Shown: piece by piece, positions 7,393-18,106 of the stretch
Numbering within the stretch: position 1 is the first letter of the stretch
How the letters are laid out: the number at the start of each line of letters is the position of its first letter
Assembly: GCF_963662805.2 (NCBI RefSeq)
Contig: NZ_CAXXOW010000012.1
Span: 112,154-176,153, forward strand
Origin: an uncultured Cohaesibacter sp.
GTDB taxonomy: Bacteria; Pseudomonadota; Alphaproteobacteria; Rhizobiales; Cohaesibacteraceae
DNA: 64,000 nucleotides
Direction: 5' to 3'
The notes under the pieces: model-generated
What the model saw: only the letters and a program-made list of their open reading frames with translations
What the model was told of the DNA's origin: nothing
Database searches by the model: none
Program-made: the position numbers and the translations under genes

Positions 7393-9852
7393 ATGAGCGA
7401 GACCCTTCCGACCTTTCTGCCCCGATTGCCCATTCGCGAGGCGCTGCCTGATCTTCTGGCAGCCCTGAGGGACGGCACCCGTGCGGTGCTCATCGCGCCT
7501 CCCGGTGCGGGCAAGACCACCTGCGTGCCGCTTGCCCTGCTCGATCAGCCATGGCGAGAGGGCCGGATTATCATGCTAGAGCCTCGCCGCCTCGCTGCAC
7601 GCGCTGCCGCCCATCGCATGGCGGATCTGTTGGGCGAACCGGTCGGTAAACGGGTCGGCTATCGCGTCCGCATGGATGCCCGTGTCTCGAAGGACACGCT
7701 GATCGAGGTGGTGACCGAAGGCATCTTCGCCCGCATGATTGTCGATGATCCGAGCCTTGAGGGCATCTCGGCGGTTCTGTTCGATGAATTCCATGAGCGC
7801 AGCCTTGATGCAGACACCTCGCTCGCCTTTGCTCTTGAGGCCCAGAGTGCTCTGCGCGAGGATCTGAGGCTCATCGTCATGTCGGCAACCCTCGATGGAG
7901 GTCGCGTCGCCTCCATCCTCGACGATGCCCCGGTTATTGAAAGCATGGGGCGGGCCTATCCGGTCGAGACCCGACATATCCCGCGCAAGACCCAAGACCG
8001 CCTTGAAGACGCAGTGACCGCTGCCATTCATCAGGCCTTGCGAGAAGAAGAAGGCTCGCTCCTCGTCTTCCTGCCCGGTCAGGGTGAGATCCACCGGATC
8101 GAGGAGCGCCTCACCAAGAGCCTCGACAGAAACATCCTCATTGCACCCCTCTATGGTGCCATGGAGGGGCGCGAGCAGGACCGTGCCATCCAGCCCGCGC
8201 AAAAAGGAACCCGCAAGATCGTTCTGGCGACATCCATCGCCGAGACCTCGCTTACCATCGACGGGGTGCGGGTGATCATCGATTCGGGGCTGGTGCGTCG
8301 ACCCCGGTTCGAGCCCAATCTTGGTATCTCGCGGCTTGAGACTTTGCGCGTTTCTCGCGCCAGTGCCGATCAGAGACGCGGTCGCGCCGGCCGCACCGAA
8401 CCGGGGGTTTGCTATCGCCTCTGGGACAAGGGTCAGACCGCCGCGCTTTCTGCTTTCGAGCCCCCCGAGATCCTCGAAACGGACCTCTCGCGTCTCGTGC
8501 TCGATTGTGCCATGTGGGGCGAGAGCGATCCGTCCAACCTGCGCTGGCTGGATCAGCCGCCCGCAGCCGGTTGGCAGGAGGCCGTTAAACTGCTGCAGTC
8601 TCTTAAGGCCCTCGACGAAGACGGTCTGCTGACCGATCACGGGCGTGAGCTTGCTGATCTCCCCCTGCCGCCACGTCTGGCGCACATGCTGGTGGTCGCG
8701 CAGAAACGGGGTGACGGAGCGCTTTCTGCCTATATCGCCGCCCTGCTGACGGAAGGCGGACGCTTCCGCCACAACGATTTGAGGCATCTGTTGCAGGATT
8801 TGGTGACCGGCCGGTTGCCGCGTGCCCGCGACATCAAGTCCATGGCCAGCCGCTGGATCAGGGGCAAGTCCGACGGACGTATCCAGACCGAGGAGGCCGG
8901 TCGCGTGCTGGCCCTTGCCTATCCCGACCGGATCGCCATGCGGCGTGGCGCAGAAGGGCGCTATCTGCTCGCCTCGGGGCGCGGTGGCGGGCTTGATGGT
9001 AACGACCCTCTGGTCACCGAGCCTTTCCTCGTCGTTGCGGATCTGCAAGGGCAGGCCGCCAACGCCCGCATCACCCTTGCCGCCCCCATCGCCCGCAAGG
9101 TGATCGAAGAGGAGTTCGCCGACCTGATCACTGAAGAGGAAGACATTTCCTTTGATCGCCAGAGCGAGGCCGTCAATGCCCGGCTCCAGACGCGGCTTGG
9201 TCAGATCGTCCTGTCTGAGCGCCGTCTCAAGGCACCATCACCCGAAGCGATCGAGCGTGCCCTCATCGAGGCGATTCGCAAGCAGGGTCTCCGGGTGCTG
9301 CCCTTCTCCAAGGAACTGGAGCGCTGGCGAGGCAGGATCCGCTTCATCGCCGAGCGCGAGGAAGGTTGGCCGGACTTCTCAGATCAGGGCCTTCTGGATA
9401 GCCTTGAAGACTGGCTGCAGCCGTTCCTTGCGGGCCGGACGTCGCTATCTGCCATCTCCTCGGCTGATCTGCGGGCTGCTCTTGAGGCTCAAGTGCCCTA
9501 TGATCGCCTGATGGCTCTCGATCAACTGTTGCCGACGCATTTCATTGTGCCAACCGGATCGAAGATCCCCATTGATTACGCGGCAGACAACGGTCCGGTG
9601 CTGGCGGTGCGCGTGCAGGAATTGTTCGGCCTCGACCGCCATCCCTCCATCATGGGAGGCAAGCTGCCACTGCTGTTGCATCTCTTGTCGCCTGCCCATC
9701 GTCCCATTCAGCTGACGCGGGATCTGCCCGGCTTCTGGGCCGGAAGCTGGAAAGATGTGAAGGCGGACATGCGCGGCCAATACCCCAAACATGTCTGGCC
9801 CGACGATCCCTTGAACACCGAAGCCACACGCCGCGCCAAACCCCGCAAGTAG
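7393..9852 (+). CDS. hrpB: ATP-dependent RNA helicase HrpB
   Basis: APPGAGKTT, DEFHERS, MSAT, ATSIAETSLTIDG, QRRGRAGR, C-terminal YPKHVWPDDP. Confidence 0.97.
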   Translation: MSETLPTFLPRLPIREALPDLLAALRDGTRAVLIAPPGAGKTTCVPLALLDQPWREGRIIMLEPRRLAARAAAHRMADLLGEPVGKRVGYRVRMDARVSKDTLIEVVTEGIFARMIVDDPSLEGISAVLFDEFHERSLDADTSLAFALEAQSALREDLRLIVMSATLDGGRVASILDDAPVIESMGRAYPVETRHIPRKTQDRLEDAVTAAIHQALREEEGSLLVFLPGQGEIHRIEERLTKSLDRNILIAPLYGAMEGREQDRAIQPAQKGTRKIVLATSIAETSLTIDGVRVIIDSGLVRRPRFEPNLGISRLETLRVSRASADQRRGRAGRTEPGVCYRLWDKGQTAALSAFEPPEILETDLSRLVLDCAMWGESDPSNLRWLDQPPAAGWQEAVKLLQSLKALDEDGLLTDHGRELADLPLPPRLAHMLVVAQKRGDGALSAYIAALLTEGGRFRHNDLRHLLQDLVTGRLPRARDIKSMASRWIRGKSDGRIQTEEAGRVLALAYPDRIAMRRGAEGRYLLASGRGGGLDGNDPLVTEPFLVVADLQGQAANARITLAAPIARKVIEEEFADLITEEEDISFDRQSEAVNARLQTRLGQIVLSERRLKAPSPEAIERALIEAIRKQGLRVLPFSKELERWRGRIRFIAEREEGWPDFSDQGLLDSLEDWLQPFLAGRTSLSAISSADLRAALEAQVPYDRLMALDQLLPTHFIVPTGSKIPIDYAADNGPVLAVRVQELFGLDRHPSIMGGKLPLLLHLLSPAHRPIQLTRDLPGFWAGSWKDVKADMRGQYPKHVWPDDPLNTEATRRAKPRK

Positions 9853-10376
9853 CGACCAGTGAGTCCCTCAAAAAGGACCGTTCCAGTGTCGCAATCTGGC
9901 AGGCATGATCCTCTCTACGGGCCGCTTTCACAAAAATTTATCAACCGTTAACAGGGAAGCGGAATGAGATCGATATGTGTCATGATGTTCGCATTGAGAG
10001 AGCATAATTTGCGAAAGATGGAAATATCATACGCAGTTTGGCGCATATTGGTCTGCGTGAGTGGTCATTTGCAGAATAATCGTCTGCGGTCTTGCCGCGA
10101 CGTGGTGCCGAAAAGGGCTCAATTCCCTGCCATTCCTCTCTGAGAAGCCTCTGAGAGCAAAAGAAATCGAAATTTCTGGCTGCAAAGCATGCAAGACCAT
10201 GCAAGACTGTCGCTCAATGTTGTGCCTGCCCCCGTTCGGTTTGCGATTTCTGGGGGCGGTCGAGTGGAGCGCCGGTTGGTCATTGCTGAAGATCGACGTT
10301 TCCCGCACGGCATCGAACCAACAATAAATGGGTCCTCGAGAGATCGGGACAAACACACTTAACGAAGGGGATTTGC

Positions 10377-11372
10377 ATGTTGCGTCAATTCTTTGGTGCC
10401 GCTGTGCTTGCCATGATGGTGGCAAGCCCCGCATTTGCTGCTGACATCAAGCCTGCCGTCGTCTATGACCTTGGTGGCAAGAACGACCAGTCTTTCAACC
10501 AGTCTGCCTATTTTGGTGCAGAACAATATATGAAAGACACCGGAACTGAATATCGCGATTTCGAAATCCAGAATGACACCCAGCGCGAACAGGCGCTGCG
10601 TCGCTTTGCCCAGCGTGGCAACAACCCGATCGTTGCCATCGGCTTCTCCCATGCTGAAGCCCTGAAAAAAGTGGCTCCGGAATTCCCGGATACCAAATTC
10701 GCCATCGTCGACATGGTGGTTGATCTCCCGAACGTCCGCTCCATCGTCTTCAAGGAGCACGAAGGCTCCTACCTCGTTGGTCTTCTGGCTGCAAAAGCCT
10801 CTCAGACCGGCAAAGTCGGCTTTGTCGGCGGCATGGACATCCCGCTCATCCGCGCATTCGCCTGCGGCTACAAGCAGGGTGCCAAGGCAACCAATCCGGA
10901 CGTGGAAGTGTTTGAAAACATGACCGGCACCACCGGCGCTGCATGGAACGACCCCGTCAAGGGTGGCGAGCTTGCCAAATCCCAGATCGACCGTGGCGCT
11001 GACGTGATCTATCACGCTGCTGGCGGCACCGGCGCAGGCGTGCTGCAGGCCGCAGCTGACGCTGGCAAACTGGGCATCGGCGTTGACTCCAACCAGAACC
11101 ACATGCATCCGGGCAACATGCTGACCTCCATGGTCAAGCGCGTTGATATCGCCGTCTACAATGCCTTCAAGGATCTGGCAGACGACAACTGGAGCTCCGG
11201 CATCAACGTTCTGGGTCTGGCCGAAGGCGGCGTTGCCTGGGCTGACGACGAATACAACAAGGACCTGATCACCGACGACATGCGCGCTGCTGTCGATCAG
11301 GCAACCAAAGACATCGTCGATGGCAAGATCACTGTGCACGACTATCGTGCAGACAGCACCTGCCCATTCTAA
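10377..11372 (+). CDS. BMP-family nucleoside ABC transporter substrate-binding protein
   Basis: Signal peptide, GGKNDQSFN, GADVIYHAAGGTG, IGVDSNQ; heads a nucleoside catabolism operon. Confidence 0.93.
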   Translation: MLRQFFGAAVLAMMVASPAFAADIKPAVVYDLGGKNDQSFNQSAYFGAEQYMKDTGTEYRDFEIQNDTQREQALRRFAQRGNNPIVAIGFSHAEALKKVAPEFPDTKFAIVDMVVDLPNVRSIVFKEHEGSYLVGLLAAKASQTGKVGFVGGMDIPLIRAFACGYKQGAKATNPDVEVFENMTGTTGAAWNDPVKGGELAKSQIDRGADVIYHAAGGTGAGVLQAAADAGKLGIGVDSNQNHMHPGNMLTSMVKRVDIAVYNAFKDLADDNWSSGINVLGLAEGGVAWADDEYNKDLITDDMRAAVDQATKDIVDGKITVHDYRADSTCPF

Positions 11373-11386
11373 GACACTTTGAAGTG

Positions 11387-11415
11387 CGCCCCGTTCGATT
11401 GATCCGAGCGGGGCG
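11387..11415 (+). other. Stem-loop after the binding-protein gene (mRNA stabiliser or attenuator)
   Basis: CGCCCCGTTCG-7 nt-CGAGCGGGGCG; no U-tract. Confidence 0.5.
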
Positions 11416-11568
11416 TCTTCGCATCATTCTGGCCAAGGTTTGGCTGTTCGCGACGGACTGCTAGTTCGTGCGGGGCAGCGGGCCTCAGCAAAGCCCACCC
11501 ATACCGTTCTGCCCATGGCAGCCGGGTCTCGCTTTTGAATTTTCAGGAAAGGCGGGAGGGGCTTCGAA

Positions 11569-13224
11569 TTGGGGACAAAGAATTTGCATCTGGACGCGCA
11601 TACTGAAACCGCAGGTGCTGGCAGCGCAGGGACTGACAACAGGACCCTTGCGATCCGGCTTGCGGGCATTGAAAAGACGTTCGGCTCTGTCTACGCCAAC
11701 AGGAATATCGACCTGTCGGTCAAGAAGGGCTCCATCCATGGCATCATCGGCGAGAATGGGGCCGGGAAATCGACCCTGATGTCGATCCTCTATGGCTTCT
11801 ATCAGGCCGATGCCGGAGAGATTTTCGTCAATGGCAAGAAAGAGCTGATCACCGACAGCCAGAAGGCCATCTCGGTCGGCATCGGTATGGTCCATCAGCA
11901 TTTCATGCTGGTCGACAATTTCTCAGTGCTGGAAAATGTGGTGCTCGGTGTCGAGGGCGGGGCAACCCTTGCCAGTGGCATGGCCCGTGCGCGCAAGGAG
12001 CTCAAGCGTCTGGCTGACGAATATGAGCTCAACATTGATCCCGATACCAAGATCGAGGATCTGCCCGTCGGCTTGCAGCAGCGGGTCGAGATCCTGAAGG
12101 CGCTCTATCGCGGCGCTGATATTCTCATTCTCGACGAGCCCACCGGCGTGCTGACACCGGCCGAGGCCGACCACCTGTTCCGCATCCTTGAGCAGCTGCG
12201 CGATCAGGGCAAGACGATCCTGCTCATCACCCACAAGCTGCGCGAGATCATGGCCATCACCGACGAAGTCTCGGTCATGCGCGGCGGCGAAATGGTGGCG
12301 AGCGTCAAAACGGCTGAAACCTCTGTTGAAGAGCTGGCCGAACTGATGGTTGGCCGCCGGGTATTGTTGCGGGTCGAAAAGGGCCCGGCCAATCCGGGTA
12401 GGGAAGTGTTGCGGGTCGAGAACCTCACAGTGACCGACAAGCGCGGCGTCGACGTGGTCAAGGATGTCTCCTTCTCCGTGCGCGCAGGCGAAATCGTCGG
12501 CATCGCCGGAGTGTCGGGCAACGGTCAGAGCGAGCTGATGGAAGCCATCGCTGGCATGATCAAGGCCCGGTCCGGGCGGGTGTTTCTCAACGGTGAGCCC
12601 ATCGGCGTCAAGGACAAGGCCGACGCGCTGGAGCTGCGCCATCGTGGCCTCGCCCATGTCCCCGAAGATCGCCATCACACGGGCCTCGTGACGAAATTCC
12701 CGGCAACGGAAAACATGATCCTCGGCTATCAGGATCAGGAGAAATATGGCAAGGGCCTGTTCCTCGATCTCAACGCAATCCTTGAGGAAACCAAGACCTA
12801 TATGGAGGACTTCGACGTCCGGCCTCAGGATCCGCACTTGAAGGCGGCGAACTTCTCCGGCGGCAACCAGCAGAAAATGGTGCTAGCCCGCGAGATGGAA
12901 CGCGACCCGGATATCCTGCTCGTCGGCCAGCCGACCCGAGGTGTCGACATCGGCGCGATCGAGTTCATTCACAAGCGGCTCATCGAAATGCGTGACGCGG
13001 GCAAGGCGATCCTGCTTGTCTCGGTCGAGCTTGACGAAATCCGCTCCCTGTCCGACCGCGTGCTGGTGATGTTCGCCGGTGGCATTGTCGGCGAGCGCGG
13101 CGAAGGCGCGAGCGAGATCGAACTTGGCTGCATGATGGCCGGGATCGACGATCCGTCCGACATGCCTGCCGCCACCAAAACCCGCATTGAAGCCTCCGCA
13201 GAAGAGGCAGGAGGTCAGGCATGA
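11569..13224 (+). CDS. Nucleoside ABC transporter ATP-binding protein (two fused ABC domains)
   Basis: [28 protein letters not shown]; start (TTG) uncertain. Confidence 0.93.
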   Translation: MGTKNLHLDAHTETAGAGSAGTDNRTLAIRLAGIEKTFGSVYANRNIDLSVKKGSIHGIIGENGAGKSTLMSILYGFYQADAGEIFVNGKKELITDSQKAISVGIGMVHQHFMLVDNFSVLENVVLGVEGGATLASGMARARKELKRLADEYELNIDPDTKIEDLPVGLQQRVEILKALYRGADILILDEPTGVLTPAEADHLFRILEQLRDQGKTILLITHKLREIMAITDEVSVMRGGEMVASVKTAETSVEELAELMVGRRVLLRVEKGPANPGREVLRVENLTVTDKRGVDVVKDVSFSVRAGEIVGIAGVSGNGQSELMEAIAGMIKARSGRVFLNGEPIGVKDKADALELRHRGLAHVPEDRHHTGLVTKFPATENMILGYQDQEKYGKGLFLDLNAILEETKTYMEDFDVRPQDPHLKAANFSGGNQQKMVLAREMERDPDILLVGQPTRGVDIGAIEFIHKRLIEMRDAGKAILLVSVELDEIRSLSDRVLVMFAGGIVGERGEGASEIELGCMMAGIDDPSDMPAATKTRIEASAEEAGGQA

Positions 13225-14348
13225 GTGCTCCGCTTGCAAAACTGCCTCGCTGGGTCGACTACGGTCTGATCCCCTTGCTCAATCTCACCGCGGCCTTGCT
13301 GGTCTCCGGTCTGGTGGTGCTGCTGATCGGCGAGAACCCGCTTGAGGCCGTCTATTGGCTGGTGCAGGGTTCGCTCGGTTATGGCGAAGGCTTCGGCTTC
13401 ACCCTCTACTACACCACCAACTTTATTTTCACCGGCCTCGCCGTTGCGGTCGCCGCCCACGCTGGTCTGTTCAACATCGGTGGGGAAGGGCAGGCCTATT
13501 TCGCCGGTCTCGGCGTTGCGCTCGCCTGTCTGGCGCTTGACCGCTATGTGCCATGGTGGGTGACCTTCCCGTTCGCGCTGGCTGGCGGTGCACTCTTTGG
13601 GGCCGCATGGGCGGCCATTCCCGCCTATCTGCAGGCCAAGCGTGGCAGTCACATCGTCATCACCACCATCATGTTCAACTTCATCGCCTCGGCGGTGATG
13701 GCCTATCTGCTGGTGCAGGTCTTCAAGCAACCCGGCTCGATGCAGCCCGAAAGCCGCACCTTTGAGGTTGGTGGACGTCTGCCCTTCATCCATGAGGTGC
13801 TCGGATGGATGGGGATCGATGTCGCCACTTCGCCGCTCAATCTGTCCTTCGTCGTTGCGCTCGTGGCCTGTCTGTTCGTCTGGCTGCTCATCTGGCGCAC
13901 CCGTCTGGGCTATGCCATCCGCACCTTCGGCATCAACCCAAACGCGGCTGTCTATGCTGGCATGAACCTGTCGCGTATCACCATCATCACCATGATGATT
14001 TCTGGCGGTCTTGCCGGGTTGATGGCGCTGAATGAGGTAATGGGAACCCAGCATCGCCTGTTGCTCGATTTCGTCACCGGCTACGGCTTCGTCGGCATCG
14101 CCGTGGCGCTGATGGGGCGGTCTCATCCGGTCGGCATCATCATGGCATCCGTGTTGTTCGGCATGCTCTATCAGGGCGGGGCGGAGCTGGCCTTCGAAAT
14201 GCCCAAGATTACCCGCGACATGATCATTTCCATTCAGGGTCTCGTCATCCTGTTTGCCGGGGCCATGGAGCATATGTTCCGCCCTGCATTGATCCGGATC
14301 TTCACATCCACGCGCTCAAGTGGCGCGGTTGGCAACGCAGAAGCGTGA
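13221..14348 (+). CDS. Nucleoside ABC transporter permease I
   Basis: GLFNIGGEGQ motif, multi-TM, ATGA overlap with the ATPase gene. Confidence 0.93.
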   Translation: MSAPLAKLPRWVDYGLIPLLNLTAALLVSGLVVLLIGENPLEAVYWLVQGSLGYGEGFGFTLYYTTNFIFTGLAVAVAAHAGLFNIGGEGQAYFAGLGVALACLALDRYVPWWVTFPFALAGGALFGAAWAAIPAYLQAKRGSHIVITTIMFNFIASAVMAYLLVQVFKQPGSMQPESRTFEVGGRLPFIHEVLGWMGIDVATSPLNLSFVVALVACLFVWLLIWRTRLGYAIRTFGINPNAAVYAGMNLSRITIITMMISGGLAGLMALNEVMGTQHRLLLDFVTGYGFVGIAVALMGRSHPVGIIMASVLFGMLYQGGAELAFEMPKITRDMIISIQGLVILFAGAMEHMFRPALIRIFTSTRSSGAVGNAEA

Positions 14349-14361
14349 GGGGAGCAGAACC

Positions 14362-15333
14362 ATGGAATTCTTCACAACCCTCACCCTGATCACGGACTCA
14401 GCCGTGCGCCTGTCGGTGCCGCTGATGTTTGCCTGCCTCGCCGGGCTCTATTCCGAGCGCTCCGGTGTCGTTGACATCGGCCTTGAAGGCAAGATGCTCG
14501 GTGGTGCCTTTGCCGCTGGCGCCGTTGCCGCCGTCACCGGTTCGGCATGGCTCGGGCTTGGAGCGGCGATCCTTGTCTCAATCGCGCTGGCCCTTGTGCA
14601 TGGCTATGCTTCGATCACCCAGCGCGGCAACCAGATCGTCTCGGGCGTTGCCATCAACTTTGTCGCCGCCGGTCTCACCGCGCTTCTGGGGCAGGCCTGG
14701 TTCGGCATGGGCGGCAAGACGCCCCAGCTCCAGCGCGAGGCACGCTTCACCGAAATCGATCTGCCCTTCGCAGAAGCCCTGCGCGATGTACCGATTGTCG
14801 GTCAGATCTATTCCGAGATCATTTCCGGCCACTCGCTCATCGTCTATGCGTCTGTGCTGGCAGTGCCGATCACCTGGTATGTGCTCTATCGCACGCGCTT
14901 CGGCCTGCGCTTGCGGGCCGTGGGTGAAAACCCCGGAGCGGTGGATACCGCCGGGATCTCGGTGGTCTGGCTGCGCTATCGTGCTGTCATCATCACCGGC
15001 ATTCTCTGTGGCCTTGCGGGAACCTATCTCGCCATCGCCCAGTCCGCTGGTTTTTCCAAGGACATGACCGCAGGCAAGGGCTACATCGCTCTGGCCGCGC
15101 TGATCTTTGCCAAGTGGAAGCCGATCAATGCGCTCGGGGCCTGCTTCCTGTTTGGCTTCCTTGATGCGGTTGCCATTCGAATGCAGGGAGCCAGTCTGCC
15201 CTTTGTCGGCGAGGTGCCGGTCCAGTTCATGCAGGCTCTGCCCTATGTGCTGACGGTCATCCTGCTCGCTGGCTTCATCGGCAAGGCCATCCCGCCCAAG
15301 GCCTCCGGTGTCCCTTATGTGAAGGAGCGCTAG
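14362..15333 (+). CDS. Nucleoside ABC transporter permease II
   Basis: SERSGVVDIGLEG, GLRLRAVGENP, GKGYIALAA; start MEFF at 14362 after GGGGAG. Confidence 0.93.
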   Translation: MEFFTTLTLITDSAVRLSVPLMFACLAGLYSERSGVVDIGLEGKMLGGAFAAGAVAAVTGSAWLGLGAAILVSIALALVHGYASITQRGNQIVSGVAINFVAAGLTALLGQAWFGMGGKTPQLQREARFTEIDLPFAEALRDVPIVGQIYSEIISGHSLIVYASVLAVPITWYVLYRTRFGLRLRAVGENPGAVDTAGISVVWLRYRAVIITGILCGLAGTYLAIAQSAGFSKDMTAGKGYIALAALIFAKWKPINALGACFLFGFLDAVAIRMQGASLPFVGEVPVQFMQALPYVLTVILLAGFIGKAIPPKASGVPYVKER

Positions 15334-15341
15334 AAAGCGAC

Positions 15342-15776
15342 ATGGCGAATTCCCCGATTGAAGTGACCGCCGGGAGCCTTGAGCTTCTCACTCTTGCCAC
15401 AAAGGCAAGAGACAAGGCCTACGCGCCCTATTCGAAGTTTCCGGTGGGCGTGGCCTTGCGCACGCGCGCTGGCACCATACATTCCGGATGCAACATCGAG
15501 AATACCTCCTTTCCCGAAGGATGGTGCGCCGAGACCTCGGCCATTTCCGCCATGATCATGGCGGGCGAGAGCGTCGAAAGCACCGAGATCGAGGAACTGG
15601 TGGTCGTTGCCGATCACACCCCGCCGATCACGCCATGCGGCGGCTGTCGCCAACGGATCAAGGAATTTGGCACGCCCGGCACGGTGATCCACGCGGCCGA
15701 TCTCGAAGGCATTCAACAGAGTTTCACGCTCGCGGCCCTGTTGCCCGCAGCATTCGATCTCGAAGGAGAGGCATAG
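15342..15776 (+). CDS. cdd: Cytidine deaminase
   Basis: YAPYSKFPVG, GCNIEN, CAE, PCGGCRQ zinc motifs. Confidence 0.96.
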   Translation: MANSPIEVTAGSLELLTLATKARDKAYAPYSKFPVGVALRTRAGTIHSGCNIENTSFPEGWCAETSAISAMIMAGESVESTEIEELVVVADHTPPITPCGGCRQRIKEFGTPGTVIHAADLEGIQQSFTLAALLPAAFDLEGEA

Positions 15777-16589
15777 ATGACCATCAAGGGGCTGGCTGAG
15801 GACGCTGCCAAACGCATTCTCGACAAGGTCAAGGAGCCTGTCTCTGTCGGCATGGTTCTCGGATCGGGCCTTGGCGCTCTGGCCGATGAAGTCGAGGACG
15901 CGCATCGCTTCGACTATTCCGATCTCCCCGGTTTTCCCGTCTCTTCCGTTTCCTCTCATGCGTCCGAACTTGTCGTCGGCACCCTGATGGGGGTGCGTGT
16001 GGCGATCCTTGCAGGGCGGGTACACTATTACGAGCAGGGCGACGCAACGGTGATGAAACAGCCTTTGGCGACCCTCAAGGCGCTCGGCTGTGATCATGTT
16101 TTGCTGACCAATGCCGCAGGCTCCCTGCGTGAGGAAATCGCTCCCGGTGAGTTGATGCTGATCGATGATCACATCAACTGGTCCGGGCGTTCTCCGCTTA
16201 TCGGTGTGGAGACCGATGACCGCTTTGTCGGCCTCACTGAAGCCTACGACGCGACCATCCGCGCCAACCTCAGGAAGGCAGCCGAAAGCGTCGGTGTGAA
16301 ACTGGATTCTGGTGTCTATACATGGTTCTCCGGTCCCAATTTCGAAACCCCGGCCGAGATCCGGGCCGTTCGCATTCTGGGCGCCGATGCGGTGGGCATG
16401 TCGACCGTGCCCGAAGTGATCCTTGCGCGCTGGATGGGCCTGAAAGTCGGAGCCATTTCGACGATCACCAACTATGGTGCGGGCATGACAGGCAATGAAT
16501 TGTCCCACGAAGAGACCAAGGAAATCGGACCCATCGGGGCCAAGAAGCTGATCAAGGTGATCCGCGCCTATCTCGACGCCATGGCTTGA
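15777..16589 (+). CDS. punA: Purine-nucleoside phosphorylase (trimeric class)
   Basis: GMVLGSGLG, GRVHYYE, GPNFETPAE, GADAVGMSTVPE. Confidence 0.95.
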   Translation: MTIKGLAEDAAKRILDKVKEPVSVGMVLGSGLGALADEVEDAHRFDYSDLPGFPVSSVSSHASELVVGTLMGVRVAILAGRVHYYEQGDATVMKQPLATLKALGCDHVLLTNAAGSLREEIAPGELMLIDDHINWSGRSPLIGVETDDRFVGLTEAYDATIRANLRKAAESVGVKLDSGVYTWFSGPNFETPAEIRAVRILGADAVGMSTVPEVILARWMGLKVGAISTITNYGAGMTGNELSHEETKEIGPIGAKKLIKVIRAYLDAMA

Positions 16590-16608
16590 TGTCATTACCA
16601 AGAAAGAC

Positions 16609-16719
16609 ACGGGGGCCGATTGCGCGCCCCGAGACCTTCCGCCTCGGCGCGTCAGGTTGCTTGATGCCCTGATCGCCGCGAAGGAAGGCAAAACCATTGA
16701 AATGGATGAGGGCCACTGA
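16609..16719 (+). pseudogene. deoC: 3' remnant of deoxyribose-phosphate aldolase
   Basis: With two small indels reads GAD(W)[32 protein letters not shown]-stop, aligning by eye with the DeoC C-terminus (E. coli [22 protein letters not shown]...SY); its TGA overlaps the deoA ATG. Confidence 0.8.
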
Positions 16720-18029
16720 TGCTCCCACAGGAAATCATTCGCAAGAAACGGGACGGCGGCACTCTAAGTGCCGAGGAAATCCAGTTCTTCGTTAAAGGTA
16801 TCACCGATGGTTCGGTGACCGAGGGACAGATCTCGGCGCTGGCCATGGCGGTCTTTTTCCGCGGCATGGAGTTTGAGGAACGGGTCGCCCTGACCCTTGC
16901 CATGCGCGATTCCGGCACCGTGCTCGATTGGTCCGATCTGGACGGCCCGGTGATCGACAAGCACTCGACCGGTGGGGTCGGGGACAATGTCTCGCTGATG
17001 CTCGCCCCGGCGCTTGCTGTCTGTGGCGTTTTCGTTCCGATGATTTCCGGGCGTGGTCTAGGTCACACGGGTGGCACCCTCGACAAGTTCGACTCCATCC
17101 CCGGCTATGTCACACAGCCCGACAACGCGCTGTTCCGCAAGGTGACCAAAGAGGTTGGCTGCGCCATCATCGGCCAGACTGCGGATCTCGCGCCTGCCGA
17201 CAAGCGCTTCTATGGCATTCGCGATGTCACTGCGACGGTCGAAAGCATCCACCTGATCACTGCCTCGATCCTATCGAAGAAACTGGCTGCCGGTCTTGAC
17301 GGCCTCGTGCTTGATGTCAAATCCGGCTCAGGCGCTTTCATGCCGACTCACGAGGAAAGCATAGAGTTGGCAAAGAGCCTCGTTGCCGTTGCCAATGGGG
17401 CAGGGGTGAGGACCGCAGCGCTCATCACCGACATGAACGAGCCGCTCGCCACCGCGGCAGGCAATGCCATCGAAATGAAGAATGCGGTCGAGTTTCTGAC
17501 CGGCGACTCCATCGATCCGCGCAACTGGGACATCACGGTCGCGCTCGGTGCAGAGATGCTACGGATCGCCGGACTGGTCACAGACCGGGCCGAAGGCACC
17601 AAGAAAATGGAAGAGGCCTACCGGTCCGGTGCGGCCGCCGAAAAATTCGGCGAGATGGTTGCCGCGCTTGGTGGTCCCGCCAATTTTGTCGAGAATTGGC
17701 AGAGCCATCTCACGCTGGCCCCGAAGGTACTCGACATTTTTGCTGAGGGCGAGGGGCTGGTTGAAGCCATTGACACCAGAGAGGTTGGCATCGCCGTCGT
17801 CGAGCTTGGTGGGGGGCGCATCCGTGCCGTTGACGCCATCGATCATTCGGTCGGTCTTGATCATCTGGCAGGCCTTGGCACCAAGGTGGACAGCAACACG
17901 CCGATCGCCCGCGTCTATGCCCACAGCGACGAGCAGGTGAAGAAAGCCACGGACCGTGTCCGGGCTGCCTATCGTATTGGCGTGTCCCGCGTGGAAAGCA
18001 AGACCGTTTACGACATCATCGATCGCTAG
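16719..18029 (+). CDS. deoA: Thymidine phosphorylase
   Basis: [46 protein letters not shown]. Confidence 0.97.
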   Translation: MLPQEIIRKKRDGGTLSAEEIQFFVKGITDGSVTEGQISALAMAVFFRGMEFEERVALTLAMRDSGTVLDWSDLDGPVIDKHSTGGVGDNVSLMLAPALAVCGVFVPMISGRGLGHTGGTLDKFDSIPGYVTQPDNALFRKVTKEVGCAIIGQTADLAPADKRFYGIRDVTATVESIHLITASILSKKLAAGLDGLVLDVKSGSGAFMPTHEESIELAKSLVAVANGAGVRTAALITDMNEPLATAAGNAIEMKNAVEFLTGDSIDPRNWDITVALGAEMLRIAGLVTDRAEGTKKMEEAYRSGAAAEKFGEMVAALGGPANFVENWQSHLTLAPKVLDIFAEGEGLVEAIDTREVGIAVVELGGGRIRAVDAIDHSVGLDHLAGLGTKVDSNTPIARVYAHSDEQVKKATDRVRAAYRIGVSRVESKTVYDIIDR

Positions 18030-18106
18030 GCGTTGGTTCAGGGACTAAAGGTCGAGCGGCGGCCCAAATGCTTGCCGCTCCCTTTGCATCAAGAGGAGTG
18101 AGAGGA

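Noticed and set aside
7576-9048. 490-aa antisense ORF over hrpB
   Set aside because: Shadow frame of a GC3-biased gene; no motifs or RBS
15330-16697. 455-aa antisense ORF spanning cdd, punA and the deoC gap
   Set aside because: Crosses several sense genes in mirror frame and gives no recognisable protein; a coincidental shadow ORF
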